Below are positions 57,277 through 64,000 of a stretch of DNA of 64,000 nt, piece after piece. The position numbers and the translations under genes are program-made. Within the stretch, counting starts at the first letter, position 1; the number at the start of each line of letters is the position of its first letter. Source of the stretch: a virus. The stretch is from IMG/VR virus record IMGVR_UViG_3300027804_000046, positions 72,550-136,549 of that record. One strand, written 5' to 3'. Below the pieces are notes generated by a model. That model saw nothing but the letters and a program-made list of their open reading frames with translations. It searched no databases and had not been told where the DNA came from.

Positions 57277-57639
57277 ATGGCACTCGTATATACTAAGACT
57301 TCATCTGGTCGTAAGAGGCCGTCTAAGAAGACGCTGCGGTTGCGCGAAGACCGCAAGGCTTATTTCAAGTCCATTCTGAGTGGTTCGGTCAAGGAACGGC
57401 CGATCAATCTGCCTGAGCCGATGGTCAAGAAGTCTCTGCCGCCGCTGTCTAACTCCGTCGGCAATGGCTTCAAGCGGTCCGTTGATGACTACAAGTGGAA
57501 GCGCGACCGTGAGGAATCTGTAGCTACTGCGAAGGCGATTGAAGAAAAGAAGAAGCGTTTGGCACCTATTGCGAACAAAACTGGCTATCAGTACATAACT
57601 GATGGCGCTGATGTTGAAACTCTTGGGAGAAAAGTGTGA
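57277..57639 (+). CDS. Hypothetical basic protein
   Basis: APIANKTGYQYIT motif. Confidence 0.65.
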   Translation: MALVYTKTSSGRKRPSKKTLRLREDRKAYFKSILSGSVKERPINLPEPMVKKSLPPLSNSVGNGFKRSVDDYKWKRDREESVATAKAIEEKKKRLAPIANKTGYQYITDGADVETLGRKV

Positions 57640-57991
57640 TGGAAGTTTATCGTGAACAGTTTGGATCTTGGGCTGACGTTCAACGTGAGTTTGAGATGGA
57701 TGTGCCTGAGCCTGATGATGTAATATATGCTGAGTATAATACTCCGTCTTACGAAGGTTACGCCAACGAGGTGAAGGGGCATTTCCTAACTTTCGCGTAC
57801 CTGAAGTACGGAAAAGTTCAATTTCATGTGGCACTATGCATGAGTATATGCTAACCTTCTCGTACCTGAAGTACGCGAAAGTTAGGCGGCATCGCTGGCG
57901 TCTGGATGACCTCGGTCGTCAAGTTCAAGAACACATAATGGATGCTGTACTGGCTTATCCTGGCAATGGCCAATTTGCGGGTCATGCGTAA
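57639..57991 (+). pseudogene. Small gene interrupted by a palindromic repeat element
   Basis: 5' part MEVYREQFGSW...GYAN stops at 57854; a plausible C-terminus HRWRLDDLGRQ...AGHA* lies in another frame, ending 57991. Confidence 0.55.
57785..57886. repeat. Two palindromic sites in direct repeat (arm-CTGAA-arm)
   Basis: CGTACCTGAAGTACG at 57796 and 57861; outer arms CCTAACTTTCGCGTAC and GTACGCGAAAGTTAGG are perfect reverse complements. Confidence 0.9.
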
Positions 57992-58325
57992 ACATAAAGA
58001 GGAATAGAAATGAAAAAGTACACTGTGAGTTATAGAATTGGTGCATATTGGTATCAATCAGAAGTATTTACATCTAGTTCAAGTGCTGCTATACTTTGGG
58101 CTGAGAATATCGGTGGACATAATGCTATCGTAATGAAAGAAGAAGAAGTAGAATGAAAAAGAAAACTTATATCGATCCGCCAGGCGGTTGGCGATATGGA
58201 TTTCCAAAGATTCTTCCTGATGATATCAAGAATGTCAACTCTTGGCTCGTACAAAATGGCTATCCACAAAGTGAGATAGATAGTTGTGGAAAATATTTTC
58301 ACTGTCGTTACTGGGAGTCTGAGTA

Positions 58326-58580
58326 ATGGAAATTAAAATTTATACCAAAGATGATTGTTCATGGTGTGTCAAATCTAAAGAACTAATGAACAAGTTGCAT
58401 CTGAAATATATAGAGTATAAACTTGGAACAGATTTTACCCGCGAAGAATTGCGTGAACTTGTTCCTGAAAATCTGCCGTTGACTTTGCCGCAAATCTTTG
58501 TTCGTGGTAAGCGCATCGGTGGATATGAAGACTTTGCCGATTACTGCGAAAGCACAGGAATAATGGGGTTACAAGGATGA
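58326..58580 (+). CDS. Glutaredoxin
   Basis: IYTKDDCSWC, TLPQIF, IGGYED. Confidence 0.9.
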   Translation: MEIKIYTKDDCSWCVKSKELMNKLHLKYIEYKLGTDFTREELRELVPENLPLTLPQIFVRGKRIGGYEDFADYCESTGIMGLQG

Positions 58581-58984
58581 AAACATTTATCACAATTATA
58601 GCAGCAGTATTTGCTGCATCAACTTTACTTTCTACTCCTGTCATTTCAGGAGAAAAGCAGAAGCAATTCAAGCATCATAGACCAGTAAAGCCACATCGAC
58701 ATCATAGGCGTCATCACGGTGGCACTTGGAACTATAACTATAATTACAAGTATGAGTATGATAATGGCAATTGGTATCAGGATCCATATCTTTGGGGTTC
58801 AGTCGCGGGTGTAGTTGGCGGACTTATTCTAGATTCTGGTCCAGAATATGCTGTTCCTCCAGTATATGCCCAGCCGCCAGTGTATATGGATGAGCCGATT
58901 GCAAACGGCGGATGCTTTGAAGTCATTCGTCGTGTTTTAGTCGATGGTGTTTATATAGATCGAAGAGAAATGTATTGCCCGTAA
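58577..58984 (+). CDS. Hypothetical secreted His/Tyr/Pro-rich protein
   Basis: Signal peptide, His-rich stretch, hydrophobic segment. Confidence 0.55.
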   Translation: MKTFITIIAAVFAASTLLSTPVISGEKQKQFKHHRPVKPHRHHRRHHGGTWNYNYNYKYEYDNGNWYQDPYLWGSVAGVVGGLILDSGPEYAVPPVYAQPPVYMDEPIANGGCFEVIRRVLVDGVYIDRREMYCP

Positions 58985-58997
58985 GAGAGAAAATAAT

Positions 58998-59264
58998 ATG
59001 ATTGACAAGAACACACTCAGAGAAAACTTGACAAAGTGTATGGCCCGTGTTATCTTTACAAAGACAGACGGCTCTACACGGGAAATGAATTGTACTCTGA
59101 TGGAAGATTATGTTCCAAAGCAGAGTGAGCCAGTTGTGCGACATTTACCTCGCGCAGAAAACGATGAAGTTCTAGCCGTATGGGATCTAGATAATTCGGG
59201 TTGGCGGTCATTCCGTCTCGACTCAATCAACACAATTGAATATATAGGAGTGAATAGAGTATAA
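58998..59264 (+). CDS. SH3-like beta-barrel (WYL_2-like) phage protein
   Basis: FTKTDGSTREMNCTL...VWDLDNSGWRSFR. Confidence 0.75.
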   Translation: MIDKNTLRENLTKCMARVIFTKTDGSTREMNCTLMEDYVPKQSEPVVRHLPRAENDEVLAVWDLDNSGWRSFRLDSINTIEYIGVNRV

Positions 59265-59356
59265 TGCCACATCCACATAAGAATAGACCGCGCAAGGGTC
59301 GTCGTAAGATTGGTTCTAGTAAGCGCAAGAAGGCTGCTAAGAACAGGAAGAAGTAA
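59264..59356 (+). CDS. 30-aa Lys/Arg-rich peptide
   Basis: MPHPHKNRPRKGRRKIGSSKRKKAAKNRKK; TAATG coupling at both ends. Confidence 0.6.
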   Translation: MPHPHKNRPRKGRRKIGSSKRKKAAKNRKK

Positions 59357-59679
59357 TGAGTTCAGATAATGGAATTTATATTCTGCACACAAGAGGTCCA
59401 GAATATCGTGTAGGACATCATCAAGGAATTGATAATATCTACGGAAACTTTTCCGATGAAACGTTCCGATGGCAAGGTGATCCTGAAATGATTTGGGATT
59501 ATTTCCATGCCGACAAGATGTTTACCAATATTGAATTAGCACTTGACTATGCCGAGATGATCAGTTACAATTATGAATATCTTGAGTATGGAATTTGTGT
59601 GATTTCCGACTTCAAGGATATCGATTTCAGAGTGCTAGAGGAAAAGTATGGCAAAGAAGCAGAAAGCGATTCGCGGTAA
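59356..59679 (+). CDS. Hypothetical protein
   Basis: MSSDNGIYIL...LEYGI. Confidence 0.6.
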   Translation: MSSDNGIYILHTRGPEYRVGHHQGIDNIYGNFSDETFRWQGDPEMIWDYFHADKMFTNIELALDYAEMISYNYEYLEYGICVISDFKDIDFRVLEEKYGKEAESDSR

Positions 59680-60769
59680 GTTTGCAGATGAAAAGTATCT
59701 TGGATCAGAACCAGACTTGCGTGGCGAAGTCACAAACGCACAACTTGCTCAAGCATACAATTGGTACAACTATTTCTATGACTCAGACCAGGCTAAGGCG
59801 TGGGTCATCGAATATCTAAAAGAGTTTTATAAATCAGACAAGGAGTTAATAAAAAATGCCAACAGAATTAATCCTCATTCTTGCCGCACTTGTGGCTGGA
59901 GTTCTCGTATATTACTACTGGGCGGGAATCTCCCAGAAGGAATCGAAGAGCGAAACATTGCCAGAATTAAAGCCCTCGCCGAAGCCTGTAGTGGAATCAG
60001 CGAAGCCGAAGAAGAAGGCAGCGCCAAAGAAGAAGTCAAGCAAGTAATCTCCATTCAGGAGCGAGTGGCCAATCGGGCTAGTGAATTGATTGCCGATATC
60101 GAAGTCCATCTGGACAACTACTATCGTAACGGCACTCAATTCAAAGCCTCTGATTGGCTCTCTCAAAATGATGTAAAGCCGCAGATTGCACAACGAATTG
60201 CGGACTATTACAAGCCGCTTTACTCAGAAGCATTCGATGCCCTGCAAGGCAAAGATGCACAACTGAAAGAAGGCTATTCACACTGGACTAAGCCGAAACT
60301 CAAGGCTTATATTGAGTTCATCAAGTCTATCATCTCAGCGGCTGAAACTCGTTCAGTCATCGCAAAGGCTATTCGTAAGCCACGCAAGAAGAAGGAAAAG
60401 CCCGCTTCTGTTCTTGTGGCCAAACTCAAGTACAAAGAGAAGGATGAAACCTACAATGTCGTTTCAGTCGATCCAAAGCAGATCATTGGATGCAATCAAC
60501 TTTGGGTGTTCAATACCAAATATCGAACTATGGCTGTTTACAATGCTATGGGCCCTGCTGGGCTGGGCATCAAGGGTTGCACCGTAACTGGCTATGATGA
60601 GAAAACATCCATTGTGAAGAAACTGCGAAAGCCGACTGAACAAGTGAACAAGTTACTTGACGGCGGCAAGGTTGTTCTTCGCAAGTTCATGGATGAAATT
60701 AAGTGCAAGCCGAAGGAAGCGAACGGTCGCATAAATAGTGATGTCGTGCTTCTAAGGATTATCAAATGA
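59648..60769 (+). CDS. Conserved T4-like hypothetical protein
   Basis: YNWYNYF...LWVFNTKYR...KKLRKP...NGRIN. Confidence 0.7.
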   Translation: MAKKQKAIRGKFADEKYLGSEPDLRGEVTNAQLAQAYNWYNYFYDSDQAKAWVIEYLKEFYKSDKELIKNANRINPHSCRTCGWSSRILLLGGNLPEGIEERNIARIKALAEACSGISEAEEEGSAKEEVKQVISIQERVANRASELIADIEVHLDNYYRNGTQFKASDWLSQNDVKPQIAQRIADYYKPLYSEAFDALQGKDAQLKEGYSHWTKPKLKAYIEFIKSIISAAETRSVIAKAIRKPRKKKEKPASVLVAKLKYKEKDETYNVVSVDPKQIIGCNQLWVFNTKYRTMAVYNAMGPAGLGIKGCTVTGYDEKTSIVKKLRKPTEQVNKLLDGGKVVLRKFMDEIKCKPKEANGRINSDVVLLRIIK

Positions 60770-61128
60770 CAAACGTATTCAAGTTTCCCGAACACAAAAT
60801 CGTCAGAGAAGTTCCAGTCAATCTGGAAGAAGTAGAGAAGCAAAAGGAAAAGGGCAAGCAAAAGTATGCTGACGGAATCGTTGGCGAAGTTGCAACTGGA
60901 CTTATTGCTGAACTGGAAAACTATGGAGTGGAAATCGAAGATGATGATGGAAGTGTGAGCAAAGATTTTATTTTCTTGACAGACGTTCTGAAAAGTGTTA
61001 TATATCGTAACATGGGTCTAAAGCATTCACTCCACAACTTTGTCGATGACAATGTGGAAATCTTTACCAACGAAAAAGAATACAAAGAATACCTAGAAAA
61101 AGCAGAAGTAGAAACTAACGACAACTAA
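60766..61128 (+). CDS. Hypothetical protein
   Basis: NVFKFP start; ATGA coupling. Confidence 0.6.
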   Translation: MTNVFKFPEHKIVREVPVNLEEVEKQKEKGKQKYADGIVGEVATGLIAELENYGVEIEDDDGSVSKDFIFLTDVLKSVIYRNMGLKHSLHNFVDDNVEIFTNEKEYKEYLEKAEVETNDN

Positions 61129-61138
61129 TAGGTGTAAT

Positions 61139-61990
61139 GTGATTTTGATTGACCTGAATCAGGTCCTGATTTCTAATTTGATGCAACAAATCGGTTCAAA
61201 TCCCAAAGTCAAATTGGAAGAAGATTTGATTCGTCATATGGTACTAAACTCTCTTCGGTCATATGCGCGGCAGTTCAAGCAGAAGTATGGCGATATCGTC
61301 ATCTGCTGCGATAGCAAGAAGTATTGGCGCCGTGATGTGTTTCCGTTCTACAAGTCCAATCGAAAGAAGGATCGTGAAAAGTCCGAGTTCGATTGGAATC
61401 TCATCTTTGATACTCTCGGCAAGATTAGAAACGAACTGAAAGAAAACTTTCCGTATCGCGTACTGGAAGTTGAGGGCGCAGAAGCGGACGACATTATTGC
61501 TGTCCTGTCGGCCAGAACCTCACCGAATGAAGAGGTACTTATTCTGTCCTCTGACAAAGATTTCGTCCAACTCCAGAAGTACAGCAACGTAATCCAGTAT
61601 TCTCCCATTCTCAAGCGATATGTCGAGGCTCAGGATCCTCATCTGTACGTGAAGGAGCATATTATTCGTGGCGACCGCGGCGACGGCATTCCAAACTTTC
61701 TGTCTGCTGACAATACCTTTGCCCTTGGAGAACGCCAGAAAGTCATAAATACTAAGAAGCTGGCCGAGTGGCTGCGTAAGACTCCAGAAGAGTTCTGTAT
61801 CAACGACAATATGCTTCGCGGATACAAGCGCAATCAAATGCTGGTTGACCTGGATTATATTCCAGAGACAATCAAGCAGCAGATTGTGGAAGCTTACGAA
61901 AACACCAAGCCAAGCACTCGCCAGAAGATGTTCAACTATTTCATCGAAAAGCGGTTGAGCAATCTAATGGAAGTCATTGACGAATTTTGA
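61139..61990 (+). CDS. rnh: T4-type RNase H (5'-3' exonuclease)
   Basis: ILIDLNQ, YWRR, YKSNR, EADDII, SSDKDFVQL, GDRGDGIPN. Confidence 0.93.
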   Translation: MILIDLNQVLISNLMQQIGSNPKVKLEEDLIRHMVLNSLRSYARQFKQKYGDIVICCDSKKYWRRDVFPFYKSNRKKDREKSEFDWNLIFDTLGKIRNELKENFPYRVLEVEGAEADDIIAVLSARTSPNEEVLILSSDKDFVQLQKYSNVIQYSPILKRYVEAQDPHLYVKEHIIRGDRGDGIPNFLSADNTFALGERQKVINTKKLAEWLRKTPEEFCINDNMLRGYKRNQMLVDLDYIPETIKQQIVEAYENTKPSTRQKMFNYFIEKRLSNLMEVIDEF

Positions 61991-61997
61991 GGAAAAT

Positions 61998-62426
61998 ATG
62001 ATTAAGAATATTCATGAAGTGTTTGAAGAACTAGAAGCTGCGCCGCACAAGGATGCAGCCAAGGCGATACTATATTACAATATAACTCCAGGTCTCAGAG
62101 GCGTCCTGAGGGCCAACTTTCATCCTGGAATCAAGTTCGTCATAGATGAGGTGCCGCCTTATCGTGAGAATAATGCGCCTATTGGATTGGGTGATACTTC
62201 CATTCACAAGGAAATCAATCGCGTCTATATCTTTGAGCAGAACAATCCAAGGGTTGATCCCAATCTAACGCTGGAAAGAAAGAAGATAGTCCTTACTCAG
62301 ATTCTGGAAGGGCTAGAGGCTAAAGAGGCTAAGATTTTTGCTGATATGCTACTGAAACGTATCAAGGTAAAACATCTCAACAAGAAGTTGATTGAAGAAG
62401 TTTTCCCAGATATATTTTCGTATTGA
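61998..62426 (+). CDS. Conserved T4-like hypothetical protein
   Basis: QILEGLEAKEAKI motif; follows rnh. Confidence 0.6.
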   Translation: MIKNIHEVFEELEAAPHKDAAKAILYYNITPGLRGVLRANFHPGIKFVIDEVPPYRENNAPIGLGDTSIHKEINRVYIFEQNNPRVDPNLTLERKKIVLTQILEGLEAKEAKIFADMLLKRIKVKHLNKKLIEEVFPDIFSY

Positions 62427-62468
62427 TGGAGTGCCTTACATCATGGTCAATCTAACGAAGGAACGATC

Positions 62469-62861
62469 ATGTCTAAGAAATCGAAACTTGCAAAACTACT
62501 GTCTACAAAAGAACATTACGAATATGAAACAACGGTTGAGGATTGCCAGAGATGGTTCAATATCCTCAACCGCGAACTATTCAACGAATCCCTTCCAAAA
62601 ATTGATGAAATCGATATACGCTGGCGTCGAGGCGCTCATGCGTGGTACGATTATGACCAGACCAATCCTGGCGCTGGCACGTGTAAGTTGCTCATGAACA
62701 AGCGATACAAATCAAAACAGTTTTTCGTTGAAGTGTTGGCCCACGAAATGGTTCATCACTATCAATACATCTACAACGAGGAAGTTGGTCACGGGTCCTC
62801 GTTTCTAAAATGGCGTGACAAGTTTAACAAGAAAGGTTTGAATTTATCAAAGGCGTATTGA
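62469..62861 (+). CDS. SprT-like metalloprotease
   Basis: FNILNRELF, LAHEMVHHYQ, GHGSSF. Confidence 0.8.
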   Translation: MSKKSKLAKLLSTKEHYEYETTVEDCQRWFNILNRELFNESLPKIDEIDIRWRRGAHAWYDYDQTNPGAGTCKLLMNKRYKSKQFFVEVLAHEMVHHYQYIYNEEVGHGSSFLKWRDKFNKKGLNLSKAY

Positions 62862-63058
62862 CATGAAGTACAAAAAGAATTACTATGGCACTCATGAAGA
62901 TTATGATGATGAAGAATATGCAGAACTGAGAGCAGGGCAAAAAAGACGCCCGATTCGCAATTGGACCAGAGCCTATACTCAGAACCAAGACGAGGCCGAG
63001 GTCATAGACGATTTTTATAGTAACCGCAAGAGTTACAGATGACGTAGCGTAAGCAGGT

Positions 63059-63123
63059 ATGCTTTGGCCACATACCTGCTATGCGTTTATAAACGTTGAA
63101 TTTTTGGGTGGTAGGTCTTATAT
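63059..63123 (+). promoter_or_regulatory. Early promoter with ATGC-N7-ACAT-N7-ATGC box
   Basis: Box 63059-63084; GTTGAA-N17-TTATAT. Confidence 0.72.
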
Positions 63124-63157
63124 CTAGTCCATCAGACAATCAATGGAGACTTTCCTA

Positions 63158-63793
63158 ATGGCTATCGCTTGGACTGAACAACACAACGGCTTTGAGGGTA
63201 CCCAGACCGACTGGGCTGGCTATGTGCTTGAAAAGATTGTAGATACCGGCTATCGGATCATGTCCGACATATGGGGTACTGCCGACTTTGCCCTTGTCTG
63301 GGACGAAAATATCAATGGTCCCAAGCAGATACTGGTCAATGTGTATGACATGAATCCTGAGGGCTGGCACCCTGTCCAGATCACGGTGGATGCTACTCCT
63401 GAGATCCGCGAAAAGCACAAGCAATGGTTGATCAACCGCGAGTATAATCGCCTGCTTGGTAGCGCGGAGATTGCAGTTCGCCAGATTGAGAAGGGCACTA
63501 TCGCAAAGGTTGTACGCGGTCGGAACGGCAAGGGTACTATCGGGAAGGTTGTAGTTCAGATGATTGCAACCTACGGTATGGGCTATCGCTCAACCAGCGA
63601 ATACAAGCTGGCAATTGCTACCTCTGACGTTAAGGTAAAGAAGCCCTTACGTTCGGGTAAGGTTGTCGAAGTCTACCAGGACGTGGTCTGGGTCTGGCAG
63701 CGCAACTGTGAGCGGGTTGACGTGGCCAAGATTGACAAGGATGCTCTCCTCCAGACGGCTCAGGAGCGGGTGGTACGTAGCCTCGCGGCCTGA
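63158..63793 (+). CDS. Early hypothetical protein
   Basis: GGAG RBS; VDATPE, KVVRGR motifs. Confidence 0.65.
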   Translation: MAIAWTEQHNGFEGTQTDWAGYVLEKIVDTGYRIMSDIWGTADFALVWDENINGPKQILVNVYDMNPEGWHPVQITVDATPEIREKHKQWLINREYNRLLGSAEIAVRQIEKGTIAKVVRGRNGKGTIGKVVVQMIATYGMGYRSTSEYKLAIATSDVKVKKPLRSGKVVEVYQDVVWVWQRNCERVDVAKIDKDALLQTAQERVVRSLAA

Positions 63794-63960
63794 GCCTACC
63801 CACTCCAGCCCGCTCCTACCGCATCCTAGAGAGTCCCAACAAAATCAATCACTTAGCCGAACCCAATAAAATCAATAACTTAGCCATGCGGTGGATGCAT
63901 AGCAGGTATGACAACTCCGTTATTGAATCCGACGGGTACCATCACTATATTATGTATGTA
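63764..63960 (+). repeat. Dispersed regulatory cassette copy 2
   Basis: Aligns with 17991-18180; IHF-like sites at 63843 and 63870; box 63886-63911; ATTGAA-N17-CTATAT. Confidence 0.8.
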
Positions 63961-64000
63961 AGAGAGAGATGGAAATGACCGATACCGACCGACTGATTAG

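Noticed and set aside
57785-57886. Mini-CRISPR array or integron attC site
   Set aside because: Only two unequal repeats and no cas genes. GTTAGGC and TCCTAAC resemble attC cores, but the region next to them is perfectly paired (no unpaired central spacer) and there is no integrase; kept only as an unexplained element.
61-63869. Numerous short minus-strand and alternate-frame ORFs
   Set aside because: Shadows of well-supported + strand genes with no motifs; only 35344-36612 is accepted on the minus strand.
1-64000. Stop-codon reassignment
   Set aside because: Core genes are full length in the standard code, TAA/TAG/TGA all end genes, and no suppressor-anticodon tRNA was seen.

Overview
A 64-kb segment of a large T4-like myophage genome, almost entirely coded on the + strand. 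It carries T4-type replication genes (DNA polymerase gp43, UvsX, helicase gp41, primase gp61, RNase H), ThyX, a class II (B12-dependent) ribonucleotide reductase and glutaredoxin. There are two nucleotide-sugar/glycosylation clusters, a PlcP/Agt-like lipid-remodelling pair, cell-wall enzymes, a lysis cassette, late/internal virion proteins and several islands of small early genes. An array of about 31 tRNA genes covers all 20 amino acids and is interleaved with homing endonucleases and many non-tRNA structured RNA modules. Promoters of the form (C)TTGA-N17-CTATAT and the gene content suggest an alphaproteobacterial host (inference). Most notable: (1) a 27-codon leader ORF encoding 19 of the 20 amino acids, wired into a terminator/antiterminator switch just upstream of the main tRNA array, a candidate attenuator sensing depletion of almost any aminoacyl-tRNA; (2) a pair of palindromic, recombination-site-like direct repeats interrupting a small gene, whose 65-bp excision would restore the reading frame; (3) six promoters sharing an exactly spaced ATGC-N7-GCAT-N7-ATGC (LysR-type) box, three of them with tandem IHF-like sites. 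All calls are from reading by eye; no database searches or folding programs were run.
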